Origin: Tubulanus polymorphus
Taxonomy: Eukaryota > Animalia > Nemertea
DNA length: 64,000 nt
Direction: 5' to 3'
Assembly: GCF_964204645.1 (NCBI RefSeq)
Contig: NC_134025.1
Span: forward strand, 29,554,299 to 29,618,298
A program made the translations under genes and the position numbers. The notes beneath the pieces are model-generated. The model was not told the DNA's origin, ran no database searches, and saw nothing but the letters and a program-made list of their open reading frames with translations. The number at the start of each line of letters is the position of its first letter. Position 1 is the first letter of the stretch. Below are positions 1-15,053 of this stretch, piece by piece.

Positions 1-3000
1 TTCATTTCATGGTTTCAACACGAAATTATATCGTATGATGAAATGTAATCTTTCCTATTGGCGACAATAGTTAGTTCAGCTTTTTTTAACACGGAAATTG
101 TGTTCTATTACTGCTCACACGCTAAACGGCGGTAGTCCTAGCAAATTGAAATCAACCGAAATACTTGAAAATACGAAGTGTAAAACAAACGTTTGTTCAG
201 TTGGGAATTTGACCGATTCGCGAACAGGTGGCTCGAGATTAACATTCGGTCTTTCTCTCTACATCGATATACATATTATACATGAACAATTGTTTCAATT
301 TATACAGAGCACGAATTTATCAAATTTAGTGTAAGCGTTTTAGTATAAGCATAATCCACATACAGACTGATGCACTTTTTTAGAATTTCAATGCCGTACG
401 AATATTAGTGGATATTTCATACCATTACGATATGACACACTTTAGCTGTGGCCAGAATGGTCTCAATCTTTAGACTGGTCTTGAACTTATGGATGATCAA
501 TATATTGACCTGGCCCCCTGCAGGGTTACATATCGCATATTTGCTACTGTTTCAGGAATACTTCTGTCAGGAAATACGTGACGTCACACACGTCTGATGT
601 CCCCGCATGCTTTTGCGAGGTATAAAACTTAATGTATAGAAGACCTTATCTGAAAATAAAATTCACAGATTAAAAAGACGACACATCAGATTGGCCGCCA
701 AGCGCAGCTGGGAGCAAAGTCACAGTGTTGACTGTCATTTTGAGGTCCAGTTTGACGCCTGTGAACCAAAATGTCCGACGTTCGCTATAACCTCTACTGT
801 AACTGGTACAAATCGTCATAAAAGGGTCGGTAGGCCTATACCGGGTAATTGAACATTGCGAATGTAGGAAATCTAAAAGTACAGAACGATCAGAATCTGC
901 ACCGATATGAAACACGATCTTCAGAATGATTTACGCGTTCTCTCTTACTGGTGTTTAGTATACTTTTTGTTATGCGGTTAATTACGTAGATACTTAAAAC
1001 AAACTGTTATCCGTTAGAAGCTGTATGAAATATTAATAACTGGCTCTAGAGCGTGTCTATCACAGTTATTAGATGAGAGTTGATGGTACTCTGAAGTGTA
1101 TCTGTGTTGCCACTTATCCCTCGCATCTGATGAATATTTGGCTCTTTTCGTCGCGGAAGATGCGCCAAATTTATCAAATTTTCCGCTTAAACATAACCGT
1201 AATCTAAGATGATACGGGTTTAGTTACGAATCCAGTGTCGTTGAATCTGGGAACGACGGAAGCATAACGCATCTGTCGAGACAGATTGGGTGGATATATC
1301 TCAGGCAGCAGATTTTGCAGAAACAAGGTTATAATACTCGACTAGATGTTCGGTGTTAGTCGCCAATTGTAGTTGGATCTGAATGGATATTAATCACGCG
1401 TTTTGTGAGGAATTTGATCTCGGAGATTAGCTGTATTAGGCTTGTATTTTCTTCAACAACCCGCCAATGAGGGGGGGCACTGGCAGAAAAGACCGGGTAT
1501 CGATGAACGGTTGAAGTTTCAGACGATATAGTGAGTACTGTCGAATATAAAACCACTCAAGTAGGCTGCAATAGAACCACGAGAGACGACAGAACACTGA
1601 TATTAACAGATGATAAAGAGTTGAGATGCATGTGAATAGTTGGTGAATAAGGTTCGGTTTCACTCCCCTGGTTTAGCTGGATGAACGCGGCCATGTTTTT
1701 TCTTTTCCGAAAACACCGCAAAAGCACTTCGGTAATCGAATGCCACATCGGTATCCTAACCACTAGACCAAATATAAGAGCACTTATAAAATTTATTGAC
1801 AAAATATTCTATAAATTTGCTATTTGCCTCTGTATAAACATAGCTAAATTACAATAGCTCTTTTAGAATGTCCTTCAACCATTTTTAGAGCAGGAAAATA
1901 GGGGCCACTGCGCGCGAGCTGTCCACGACTCTCTGCGACGTGAACCATATGCAAAAAATCTGAAAAGAACCATAATCGTATGATAGACATCGCAATGAAA
2001 CTCCTTTGTTAAAATCCCTTTTTTGTAAGTTGAATTTGGGGATAAAGCGCATTCATGTTTGAAGTGTTGAACACTATCTGGTGCAGATTAACCGATTTGA
2101 TCGGGATAGAAAATATACCTCGTCTTACGGGAGAATTTCGCTGGATCCTATTGTGACGAGAAAAACTGGGAAAGTTTGGAATGGTTGAAATCCGCTTAAT
2201 GTGTTTATACGAACACAAAAGAACGAAAGAACTCGCTAATTTACCAATGTTTACACGCTAACCCTCTGAAGAGGATCAACCCAATTTGCATGACGGCTTT
2301 GCGCGGATATTTTAGCCCTCCGAACCGCGTCGACAAAAGAATATCCTACAAGACGATCGGTTTAAAAAAGATTTCGGACGTAAAGAATTCGTGGTACCAG
2401 GTGGTCGTATTCATTACTCTCAGATTCCTGATGTAATCACTGGAAATGTATCAACAACCAATACATATGTCTCGGGCATTCGATCCCCTTCATAGACCTT
2501 ACATTCCATAATGAGAAATTCCCATCGAAAGTGCGGATATAAGACTGTTTTAGACGCTGGTTTCATATTTGAATGTGAACTTAGAAAAAGAAAACTACAT
2601 TTGAACCGATGAGGGTGGAAACTACTTCTAATGTTAATGATCTGTATGAATTTAGATCGCAGAACTATCGTTAAAGATCTGTTTAACTTCGAACTTGTTT
2701 CGAAGTCATGAAGTTCGTAAAACTTTACGTTCGTTCGTGTACTATAATCAACGGTCCTTTGTCACGCGTGAACTTTCAACGATTAGCCAATTGCAGCCAG
2801 AAAAGTGTTTGTGTCTGCGAATGTCACAGCGCTCTATAGAAAGACGGCGATTATAGGGGGGAAGAGTACTGCAAGTCTCTTATCAAAAACTACATTCACG
2901 CACGCAAGTGGCAATTACTCGCGTAGCTACTGAAAACTAGCACTACTCGCGTCTGTCATATCTCAGCTACTGTATCATTCAGATTGAGGTGAGATTTAAG

Positions 3001-3394
3001 AGTTAATAATTGTTAATTACGATGTTAATGGGGTAATTCACAGATGCTTGCATCGACGGCTTATTAAATCGTGTCGATCTGGCGTTTGCACAATTCTATT
3101 TTATATGAGGGATTTGAGCGTTGTTTGTTTTCGCTCAAGGAGCCAACACTCCCAAGACGTAGATAAACACGAATCGTTAATAACGATATCAAATTACTAA
3201 TTACAGGGATTAATAATGAGTAAAGTCGAAATGATACATGAAATTCACATTCATAACGCCCCACATATCTCTTTTTTCATTCATATTTGATTCTTTTCTA
3301 CTTGGAAATATCTGAGTTAGTTGACTGATTTTTACACGCAATTTCGGCGTGTTTATTAGCACCGAGCCATGTTTTCTATCGAGCTAAGCATTAT

Positions 3395-3465
3395 ACCATT
3401 TCAGATTTGACTCTAAATTCAAAATCAGTTCATTCTAACTCTTTAAACTAGCCACTCTGGAACTG
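3395..3465. mobile_element. Diverged copy of the 40345-40428 MITE-like family
   Basis: Reverse complement reads CAGTTCCAGAGTGG...TTAGAATGAACTGATTTTGAATTTAGAGTCAAATCTGAAATGG, collinear with AGTTCCACAGTTG...TTAGAATAGGATCATTTTGAATGAGTTGAATCTTAACTGTGG. Confidence 0.45.
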
Positions 3466-5538
3466 CATTCATCTAAAGGGTTTCCTGTGATTCAACCTGA
3501 CTCTGAATTTTCGGATCACTCTATTATATTTCTATTGTCTTGGTTGTTAAGAATATTAAATCGCTTTTAACTTCGATTACTGCTCCATGAATGGTTTAAT
3601 ATAAGGATCGGATAAATCCTCGTTTTAAGACTTGCTCGATATTAAACCTTCCGGTTGCTTCGACCATAGAAACCCTGCGCGAAATAGAAATCCGCGGACT
3701 AATCTTTATCTAAGAAGGATAGTTTTACGGGCTTAATGCCTCTAAATCCCGGGCCACGATAGAAATCTAATTGCATAAAAAATAACCTATAAAAAACTTT
3801 GATCAAACATTCGCTTTCAAGTCTAACTATATAAGTATAAACAGTGTTTCCACTTATCATATGAAAGGAATTCTTGCTAAAACTCGAACCGACGATTGAA
3901 TGCCTGATCGATTAAAGGTTAAGATTTGGGTTGTTTCATTATTTCAGTACGATAGCGTCGTCGAAGATGAGAAATTTAGACATCGACCGGCAGCGGCGGC
4001 GCGATAGACCACAGCTCAAGCAGCGTCTGTGAATGAACGCAATATACTATAAAGAATAATATCGTATACGCCGGAAGTGCACTTCACCGAGACTGACTAA
4101 GTCTAATTACTGTAAAATTCCGAGTTTATACGTTACATCAATGTCTTTATCTCGACTTCTCAACATCTCTTGAGAATCGTATTGATGAGTTGTCTAGTAA
4201 TAATCATATACTTATTACACTCGTCGCTGTACACTGTTGAGTTATGTGGAGTTCGTTCGTTGTGTCGGTAGTGAGAGGAAGGAGAGAGAGAGAGGAGAGG
4301 AGAGGAGAGAGGTTTGCGAATTCATAACTGTCATTTCCGTCGATGAAAAAAGTCATCGTCATTTTCATCTTTCTCTTACCCTTCCTCTTAGATCATCTCT
4401 AGATACTTATAGTGATATATAAGTTTGTCCGCTTATTCCATTTATACGATACATTTTTCCTCATTCAGTTTATACAACTTTATCGGGATAATTTGGTTTT
4501 TTCTTTTTTCTTTAATTCTCTGTTTCAGTTATTTCGCTACATATACCATTATAGAGAGTAGAATAGCCCGTACACTCTGACGTGAAGAATAGATTGCATA
4601 TAACTTTAAAACCAACTCTGTACAGATTTGAAATGATTTAAAATGAATTTCATTACTCAATAATTAGAAAACCGTATTTCATATTTATACACAAGGAGAA
4701 CAAGTTGATTCTTTAATTTGAATATTAAATTCTTGAGTAATACGTAGAATTCGTTTTGTGTGTAGTGGGTTTGAAACTTATATCATTAGGGAGGCCATGT
4801 GTAAAACGGTGTGCCGGGTTTAAGTCTTTTCTGGGACCGTATCCCAAGCACGTTCTTCCATTCTCTTTTTCGCAAATACCTCTATTAACACGTACTACAA
4901 TATTTGTATAGGACACGCAGCGAAAAAGAGGCACACCCATTTTTTAATCCAAATACGTCGTATAATGAATAGGTCTAATAGGACGAATAATAATATGAAG
5001 TTGGTATATATTATGCTATAATATACTTCAAGTAAACAATCGTGATATTTGAAGTAGAGGTTGTTGGCTAGCAAGCTGCTCATTTCGACGCCGGCTCATC
5101 ATCTGTCACCGTCGTTCCGTGAATAGGTACATTATTCTCTCTACCATCGAGTCCAATCTGAGCGTTTTTCGAGAGCCCAATCGACGGTTCGGACAAACGC
5201 GCTAAGCGTCGCATTTTTAGTATCAGCCCGGTAACTGATACGATAAGAGCCTATTTAGAATGCCACTGGAACAATGGACGAGGAAAATAGCAAACTTCCA
5301 AAGAGACTCAAACTTTAACAATAGCACTGAACGCGCTATTCAAGTGACGACAACACGTCAAAAGTTTTAATTAATTTGGCTTCCGCACAGATTTTTTAGA
5401 TTTGAAAACTCCCGCTATTGAAACGAAAAATGAAAATTGAAGTTCAGACGGTTAAACCAGCATTTACCGAGAAACGACTATAGTGATTCGAGTTAAATAC
5501 GAGCTTTCACTTCAATTATTGGTGATTCAAACCAGTGC

Positions 5539-5542
<4 letters not shown>

Positions 5543-5597
<55 letters not shown>
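5543..5597. repeat. (TA)n microsatellite
   Basis: Uninterrupted TA run. Confidence 0.98.
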
Positions 5598-5603
<6 letters not shown>

Positions 5604-6082
5604 AATGTGGTTATTACGTCAAATCTATTTCGACTCAAAAATCTTTTTCCCATATACATTCGATTCTTTCCGAATGAAAATTCGTCGAACGAGGAGAATG
5701 AGCTCGTACCTTAAAGAGTGTCTGACAAATTGAGCCTCTCATGTGCGTGACGGTCTCGTAAGAAGTATCACTGTGTTATAAGAAGAAGTATGAATGCGTG
5801 TATGAACTACAATCGACTCTGTTTCAATCGGTTTCATTGAGTGTTTACGTGATACTGATTTAGTATTCTTAAAGTCTAGTTTATGAATATTTCATGTACA
5901 TGTTGTCACCGGTGATGGAATGGATGGGATCTTCAAGATTATCGCAGACAATCGGTTAATATGCCTCAAGTGCTGAACGAACTGGTTCTTCAGACGTATT
6001 GAAAATATTCAATTTCCTTTCATAGGAAGAATTATCCAATAACTCCTCGTCGTCTGTCATCGCTCTGAACTGAACCGTGCAA

Positions 6083-6345
6083 CCTCTTTCTCCCTATCGC
6101 TTCAACTCTCCCTCACCCTCTCGCTTCAACTCTCCCTCTCACTTCAACTCTCCCTATCGCTTCAACTCTCCCTCGCCCTCTCGCTTCGACTCTCCCTCTC
6201 CCCAGCCCCCTCTCCCTTTTTCCCTCTCTCTATCTCCCCCTCTCACGCAGAGTCTATCTCCCTCTCCATCCCTTCCCTCTTCCCATCGTCCCTTCCACAG
6301 CCCTCTCACTCACCCTCTCTCCCCATCTCCCTCTCTATCTATTTC
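6083..6345. repeat. CT-rich low-complexity tract with short CGCTTCAACTCTCC repeats
   Basis: Polypyrimidine tract; accounts for the Ser/Pro-rich ORF 6077..6367. Confidence 0.9.
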
Positions 6346-9300
6346 CAATTTGAAAAAAAATTTATGACAATTAAGGCCTACTAAATTTACGCACAGTAAT
6401 GGACGGCGTAAAATTGGTTTGTTGAAAGTGAAACCTTGAAAATGGCATTTCATTTATGTTTGTCGCAAATCATCATAAAAGATAACATTTCTAATTGCCA
6501 GATCCGATTGTACTCAGCCGCGAGCCGTGCACGCGAGCTAACCTAAGTTACGGTCGTTAAAAACGGGCACTATCGTGTCAAATATCAACAGAAATGCACA
6601 TTAAACGGTTTTAAATTACCACATCTCAATAGCTCAATTCTTGGCGATATTAATACTTGAAACATAATTTCACAAACGTCATATAGCCAGCTCAATTATC
6701 ACTAATGCACACTGCAGCAATTTGAAATCAAAATATTATGCTCGAGAAGGAAAATTAGTTTAGTCTAGTGGTTTGATTTCGATATTTCTGCCGACCGAGT
6801 TTATACTTAATATGCATTTAGCTTTAAAACGTTCGCCATTATCCGAAAAGTCGCGTTGCAATTATACGACATTATTTCGAAGTGCTTCACCGCTCTATAT
6901 TTTAGTCGTGATCAAAATTGAGTATTCAACGCTTCAGCGCGAAACACACTCCACTAAAGTGTAGCTTCCTATCAGTGTTATCTGATATCTCTAAATTTGT
7001 CAGTTTAACCATTTTATTACTAAAACTAGCGCAGTTTCTACTGCCATATAGGTAGGGCTAACCTACCTCGCTATAGACGCGGTTCAAACGGAATTTCTAA
7101 ACTGATTAAAACAGAAATTCGAGAACTATTTCTGGATAATGAAAGCAGTCAGATGTTGAGTTGAACTGTATTGTTATAATTGACTTCCTAATAGCGACGT
7201 TTTGTTGAATCGATCGATTTCAATTAACCATCATCCCTTATATCCCTATTGGTTTACGTTCGATTCGACTCTAATTCCTCTAAACTCTATATGAATACAT
7301 AGTTAAGTTGGAGGCTTTTTACTGCAGTTTATTAGTTGGACGCTAAACGAGAGAAATAATCCGTTATTTTCGTCGCTGCCTGGAAAAATGTATGGTGAAT
7401 TCACTGCATTTTCCCCTATAATTTTAGAAACAGAATTTAGAGGGATAATCGGATAGTTATTCTCTAGTGCAATATAAACCAAATTTTGGCTGGGCGAGGC
7501 CTGTATTATGTAATCATCATTTTAGGTGACCATACGAGGCGAGCCCAAATAATCGTTCCATTGACGACTAATGCGCGATCTATAGATTGACCAGTTTGGG
7601 TTGAGGGACCAGTAATCTGACACGTACGACGCATGGCGACGTGCTGGAGGTAGTGACGTCACTCTGTGCTGTGGGAATACACGAGAACCTTGCTATGATA
7701 CAGTGGATAGAATGCGGTTTCTTGGTCTCACCGCATTGACAAAAATGCGAATCATTCTAAAAATTTCACTAGGGAACAATTACCGTGGAACATTTTGTTT
7801 AATTTCGAATTTATTTTTCAACAATTTGAAACAGAAATGTTTTATTTTGACGAATATCTGCGTTTGCATTCATGTTTGATGTTCATTTCTTCCTCATTTT
7901 CAATTGAAGCTGAGAATCGAAATCGTTCGTGAAAAGTTAAAATTTCTATATAAAGGATCGCTTTCAAAAGAACCTATCAATTCGATTTCGAGCATCTTGA
8001 GACTTTGACGTTAGCGCGATAAAGAAAAAACCGCTCCAAGGAGCGTCGGGTTACACAGACTAAGCCGCGTTCTATGAACCAATTGACCAATATTCAAGCG
8101 TGTAACTCGTTCCGTGAAGTGGCGGCGCATCTGATCTTCGTGGCTGTTAAAATTTCACACAATAGATTTCGCGAGAAAAACGGTTAGTAAAATAGTTTAA
8201 GAGCGCCGTGGAAACCCCTTCACCAATTATCGAGTATAGGAAACAAAAAGCGCGTATAATAGGATGCCCAGTTAGCTGTTGAAATATATAAACCAATAAA
8301 CGATCGTTTCGGATACTTTGTATTCCAATCACGATCACTTCAATTTCTTCAGTTCTCAATGAAATGAATGGCGATGGTTTCGAATTATTTTCGTTCAAGT
8401 CACTTGATTCGTCGTGGATTAAAAAGAAGTCAAAATCGGGTTAAAAGATCGCGGGAAGAAGAAATAAAACTGCTGTGAACAACGAGGAAAAGCGATGAAT
8501 ATTCAACACAAAGTTCTGGTCGCGTCTATTTCTACGCTGAATGTTTCCCTTATGAAAATAAGGTCACTGTAAACATCGCGATCAAGTATTATTGTCTGGA
8601 GACACTTCTGCGACCATTTAAGTCAATGATTAACCCACATTCGATCGGCTCAGTTGCAAGGGACCCGAGTCGCCGGAGAGGGCTTGACACTCGTCAAAAA
8701 TCGGTCGAGCTCGCGTAGATTCTGCTAAATACCCAAATATTTATATTTCCAGAACTGAAGTCGCCATTGTTAACACGTGTGATGTAGATACTACTAACGG
8801 CGGTATGGGCTTTGATGGCGGGGCCTAATTCTTACTTCGTAAATTGTGAATCTTAGGGTATTTTTCAAAACGGCGCCAGCTGCTCTAACAAGCCGAGCCG
8901 GCAAACGACTGTTTGGGATCTAACCGATGAACTGTTTGTGGAACCCAGAGATATTCACAATCGGTTAACTTTCTATAAACAGCGTGTACGTGGATCATCT
9001 ACGAACTGAGGATTAATCATTTGATTCAAAGCGTTCGCTCTGTCTCTCGCGCTCAGTTCATCTCTATTCGATCAATCGAAAAAAGAATCAGATTCTGGAA
9101 AGAAATGGATTATCTTACAACCCGCAGCCCCTCCCTTATACACTGAATACACCAGCAGTCTGACAATAGCCCCGGTCCAATGACGCGTTAAGACGCATGT
9201 CTCATCGATTCTTATCGTTTTCAGCCATTAATTTGTTTAAGTTCGACATGTGCAGTCTGCCTTGTGTCAAATCTGAATGCCAAAATAAGTGTAGAGTTAT

Positions 9301-12300
9301 CGTGGATTATGGCATGAAAAGTGCACCGGGGATCGATGCCTATCTCCTTATACCGGCTAAATAACCCTATAATTCCGCTGATCGCCAACAAGAAGCCACT
9401 TTTGTAATTAACCATTGAACCTAGTCACTTCCGTAAAATTGCCTTTCAGAATGAGCATTGTTTAGGCAGATAATAAGGAATAAATTCATAAATCCCTCGC
9501 ATCCCGGCTCTTCGTTCCTTGCGCTATATGATTTGGCTTGCAGGTGATTTCGGCTTATGGTCGGGCGAGCGAAGCTTTACTCTGGATTATGTTGCTCCGA
9601 CCGTAGAAACCGTAAATATGAAACCGATACGATTTCAAGGGTCACGTGATGCGACTCGCGCGTCGTCCTCTGATTGAAAAAAAAAATGATGACAAATACA
9701 AGCGTCTATAGACTCGACATCCCACGCATTTTTGGACAAAAACTTCACCTCGGTTCAAATGAGAACGCTTTAATTATTATTCGTTAACCTGTGATACTTC
9801 AGTGTGGGCTTTATTAGAGTATAACATCAAAATAAACGTTCTCGAGATTGTTCTCGAGAAGAGTTTGAACGATTTTTTTCTCGAGTCAGGAAAGTGTCAA
9901 ATAATGGATTGCGAGACTGTTTAAACTGATGGAAATGTTATTAAACGTTTTTATCTCGCGTTACTCGACAAGAAATCGCCCTAAATAACGATCAAGTTTT
10001 CTATGGTTGACAACATTCTCGACACAATGATGGAGAACATCTTTTCTATCTGGTGAATGAATAGCGGTCCACTTCTTCCGCGATATGCTGTCTGAAATTG
10101 GACTTGTTACGCGCTCAACAAAGCCGTATATTGCCAGCGGAACAGCGTCGTTTGTATGCTGAACTGTCACCACAAAACCCTCAGCGCAGAAATTAAGATT
10201 ATTTCTGTCATTCGTTAGTGTACGTCGTCACACAGACTCCAAACAAACCAGCAGGACTTGATTCAGCAGATATTTATTGCTGCTTTGTCAGATGGCTTTG
10301 TCTAAATCTGAAAGGTTTCCACGCGTCTCGTTTGAAAATCAATTTATTACAGGCAGACGTCCAGACCGAACTGACTGCGGTTTTTTAATGTATAACTTCT
10401 ACTACGAATCACTACAAAACTACGCACTCTTAAAATCATTATCATTCTATGTTTGCTTGTAATGTTTAAGTTTGTGGCTGTCTTCATGATCGAATAACAT
10501 TTCGAAATCTACATTTGCCATTCATTCAAAATCATATAATGAGTATATATATTTTGATAAGGAAACAGGCAATTGATGATATATGAATGAATTTATTCTA
10601 AATTTTCGAGATTTTAACGAATTAAGCCTCATCATCAGAGTAACGAAACATTTTTCGTTTTTCTTGAAGAATTAATACATCATCAATTGTGAGTTCACTT
10701 ATCAACTTTGAAATAACTTGAGATATATCAGTCTACTGCCCATCATATGAGTTTTGTTTTTTACTTGTTCGACTCTTCCACAGTTGTATTGCTTCAAATA
10801 CGTTATGATTTAACCAAATTCAAATGTAGTTTTTTCAAAGTAGCTAAAACGATAATATTCGATATGAAATAGTATATATTATTTGTTTTTGAAAGTTAGA
10901 TATGCTGGTGTTAAATTTTCGATAAATGGGGAACGGTTTTCTGTAAGTGGTCGGGATCAACGAGGCTCGACGCGTAATGAAACTCATACTCGGCGACAAC
11001 CTACTGAAATATTAAAGATATTAGGCACAGAAGCGGTGACGCGGAAGAGCTCTCGTTCAACTCTCAGCGACTGCGCAACGCCAAAATCTATGAATGGATA
11101 ACGAAGATGATGAGACCAGCAGGAAAATACTGACAAAATGCTGTTAATACTTTATGATTTGTCGTGACAGGCCAAACGTTGAGCATCATCGAAAAATAAA
11201 TTGGATTATCACTTGGCGGCCGGTTTTTATCGTAATTTCGGTGTTCATTTTTAAAAAACAATATCTAAAACACGTAGACCTCACCGAAAGTTAAATGATT
11301 TCAATGTCGAAACTTTGATAGATATTTCACCTCAGGCAATCGTGATATATTCGTTCAAAATACAACTTAGTATTTCAAAATCGTCACATATCGTATCGTT
11401 GTTTCATCATAGCTCGTCGTGTATTTATTGCCTTGACAGATTTTCCGATATGAAGCTTTACCAACAAAATGACAAAGCAACGACCTATGTTCCAAAACTT
11501 CTACAATCTTTATTAAATCTTTTAAATCCTCACTTCCTACTTGAGAACGGATTCAGAGACATTTTATTACAGGCAGCTAATCATTGGATCAATTTCATCC
11601 CGTCTACCTTTAACAAAGCGAAAACGACGTAAACAATAATTGGGATTATCACGCACGAGTAAACCGTGCCGCCACCTGCGGAGCGGGAACCCGTCTTAAA
11701 ACGAGCCCGAACTGACGAAATGTCAAATCGATGAAAACATCCCAAATACAAACCATGAACTATTCATATGAATACATTAGAGTTTTACAATAGAACGTCC
11801 GTCTTTAATTGTCGTTTATTAGCTTTGATTCGTAACCGATGCTTGTACCTCGGAATACGGACGAATTCCATTAAACGCCTTCACGAACCACCTTCTTTAA
11901 TTCTACGCATTTATGTTGCTTTCTATCTGCCAGAAATGAAGCCAGGATGAATCCAGGGTACCTCATCTGCCTCACGTGAAGGACTCATTAGAACATGCGC
12001 CTATCTTGTGGAAAGGAAGAAAAAATTCAATTTCCGATTTTCAATCTCCATTTCATAACGATTTTCTGGTGTATAAATCCATCATTGTTCTATTAATTAC
12101 AATTAAAAAAATCACGAAAATGGTTGAAAATGGATCTAAATACTGTGAATTGGGATTTATTCCCGTGATTGCCTAATCTGAAAAAGTGCCCTTTTTCTTT
12201 GATTGGGGAGTCGAAATTGGTCGAAAATGTAGCGACAGCACCCCAATAAATATGTATTTCATTTCACGTGTGTTGATATGAAACGAGTTATTTTACTATT

Positions 12301-13450
12301 TTATCCAGAACCGATAATGTTTGATGACAGCTATACATAGAATCGTGCATATACCACAAATGACGCAAAGTTATTCATTATTCAATTTACCTGGTCTGCG
12401 AAAACGCTTAAAAAGAAATATGTTTTGTCGATTGTGCGTAGCAGTCAATTTCAGCTCGGATTAAAGGTATTAGAAATGTGCATTTCGTTGATTAGTGATC
12501 TGAAAAGCTTGTCGTTTGGTCGGATATTCGTCGGGTTTTGTCGGCCGTTTCCGTTATAAACCGACCGATTAATTTCAAATTAGGTTCTATCAACGGTTTT
12601 CATTTACGCCTGAGTCATGATTGTTATTTTGTAAGTCACGATCATTGATTGTATGATAGCACGGATTTTATGAATAAAGATCATGTTATTAGTAATTCTT
12701 GTCCGGGGTCGTTGTATTTAGATTGTCACGAAATGGTGCCGTACGACTGATGTCTTACAGCCGTTTCTTTGAATATATAATCGGAGGGCCCCTATCTGCG
12801 CGAGTCTTACTATGTCTGACAAATAGAATATCCCCGTACTCAGACGCAGATAACAGATAATAGCAAATATGTAATAGATGATAGAAAACTAGATAATAAA
12901 ATCCGTTAAAATCTGCTTTGGCCCATTACATACATTAGATTAAAAACAAAATTCATTTATCAACAGTATTATTTAAAAATCTAACGTTTTGGGCTTTCAT
13001 TGACCATTGTCAAGTGTGAAGGAAAGCATAAAACGAGGGGAATTTGAACAGGGGAACAAGTTCATCGAGTAAATATCTCAATATTGGGTATTTATTTACA
13101 CCATAGATACAATGCGAAAAAGCCTTGTATTTTTTTTTTTTAATTTAATGACGTAGAGTAAAGGTAGGTGCGGTGAATGTAAAATGTTAATCAGTTTTTT
13201 TATATTTCAAGTTTATTTGTAGCGGGTTTTGATTCTATTTTCTAATAAAGTCAGAATTATTATTAGACAAAAGTCCAGTATGCTTGTAAATAAATCCTTT
13301 CTGTCATTTACGAAGATTATTTGGAATCAAATAGATGTCGCGATGAATATTTAAACATTTTATCGGAATTCTAGAAGTGACGACAGCGCATCGTCTCGAA
13401 CGCTCTAATCACAGCGTGCGAGAACGGCATAAGTCCAACGCACGCACAGA

Positions 13451-13463
13451 TGCCATCTGGTGG
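13451..13463 (-). promoter_or_regulatory. CTCF-like motif
   Basis: Minus strand CCACCAGATGGCA matches the CCASYAGRKGGCR core at all 13 positions. Confidence 0.5.
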
Positions 13464-14414
13464 AATTACTGACTAAAAATGATTAAACGACCGTAAGACA
13501 ACAGTCTATAAATTGCCGTTCCGTCGACTGGTCAAATCAAATTAACTGTGCGCTGCACTAATTGTACCTCCTATTATATACATTTAATGACCATGCCCTA
13601 CTAATCATCTGGACCCAGTTTCATACACAGTCATGAATGAATTCGACCCAAAACTGATATACACCATTCAGACTGGTCCTAAGATGGTCTCAAATCTTAG
13701 CTCTGCAGGTCCGTACCTAGGTAGTTGCCCCCCCCCCCACCAGGAAAAGTGCTCATTTGCAGATATTGTTATATATTCTATAGACCTGCCCTTTAACGGT
13801 CTCTATGCCGATAAATCGAATTCTCGGTGCGGCCCTGCTATGTCTGTGCCCCCGGGGCCTGATTCGCTTTCTTGTGAATATTTTAGATCTGTAATCGATG
13901 AGAGATGGCTAACAATCTGGTCGCTTATTCAAATGTGTCACTAACATGTACGCAGTATCCTGTCTTTCAGAAAGCGTTATTGAAGTTAATCACGATTGGA
14001 CCCTCAATGATAGACGGGCTCTCTCACTATATCTTACAGTTGGTTGCATTTGTATACGACTATTCTAGTAGAGGGTACTAGGAAGGAGGGCGCATTGGTG
14101 GAGACAGGTCCGGTGGAGGCAATGCTGGACTAAGGGAGTGGACACATGGGCACTAGGGGGCACTAGTAGCACAAGCAAGGGAGGCTAGCTCACGGATAGT
14201 ACTGGGAGATGCTGATCGGATACTGTTTGAAGACACTGTTGACGCCGGAAACAAGATGATACCTTGGAGTAATCAGACTGGATGCTCGGGCCATTAAAGA
14301 CACCCTATGTATCCGGTGTTCATACCGTTCAGTAATCAGCGTAAATCCTCAAAGGCAAAAATAATTAAAGCGAAGTCAGTGGAATTGACGTATAATTTCA
14401 TAAAAACAAACAAA

Positions 14415-14420
14415 TTTATT
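14415..14420 (-). terminator. Candidate Otx polyadenylation signal (AATAAA)
   Basis: tttatt on plus strand, followed on the transcript by TTTGTTTGTTTTT. Alternatives at 14942-14947 and 13091-13096; the used site cannot be determined from DNA. Confidence 0.35.
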
Positions 14421-15053
14421 GATACTTCAAGGAATGCGTGAATATGTGATGAAATGATTTTTCATATTGCGACGATCAAAAGAGAATAAATGGAAAAATT
14501 AACTCATTATTGTTTTTCTTACACGCGAAGATATGTCTTTTTTTACAAAACGAGAATTGACCTATCCTATCCTTGGATTAGGATTAATCTGAACGAGAGA
14601 TCATCCAAAAATACAGATTGCGGCGTTTAATGCGAACACCAAAATCGTTGATTCGAAAGAAAAATAAATAAGGTTTCGTGCCTTGGAATACAGACGGATA
14701 ACAGCTTTACAATTAAGAAAAAGAAAATAAAGACCTTTTTCGTCGTTTCACCCACGAAATGAATATACAGAGAACATGCAAATAGATTTACAATATAGAA
14801 AGAGCATTTTTAGTTCTGCTAACTATCAGCAAACTCTTCAAAATATCTGCCACATTTACACGAATGCTTAAAACATACTCCATGAAGTAACATAAACATT
14901 AATTCATACAAATAAATGTAAATAATTTATATCAAACTTGATTTATTACCAAATCATTTAAACAGATTCATAAGCATTAATTTACAAGATTTAATATTAC
15001 ATTCAATAAATTAAATTGATGATAAGCGCGCGCGATGATTGATCATTCCACAA

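Noticed and set aside
1356-1556. Minus-strand ORF ending TTIGD*, faintly like a LINE endonuclease (PP...IIGDFN)
   Set aside because: Resemblance is limited to a few residues with no other endonuclease or RT motifs nearby; BLASTX would be needed.
6077-6367. Ser/Pro-rich 96-aa ORF; likewise YIYI ORFs at 5483 and 59368 and ORF 24941..25237
   Set aside because: Products of low-complexity, microsatellite or minisatellite sequence.
7711-7737. 8-bp stem hairpin AATGCGGT...ACCGCATT (similar short stems near 26.55, 43.79 and 51.2 kb)
   Set aside because: Stems of 8-9 bp are expected by chance in 64 kb.
13165-13185. GCGGTGAATG resembling part of miR-124
   Set aside because: The seed TAAGGCAC is absent and there is no precursor hairpin.
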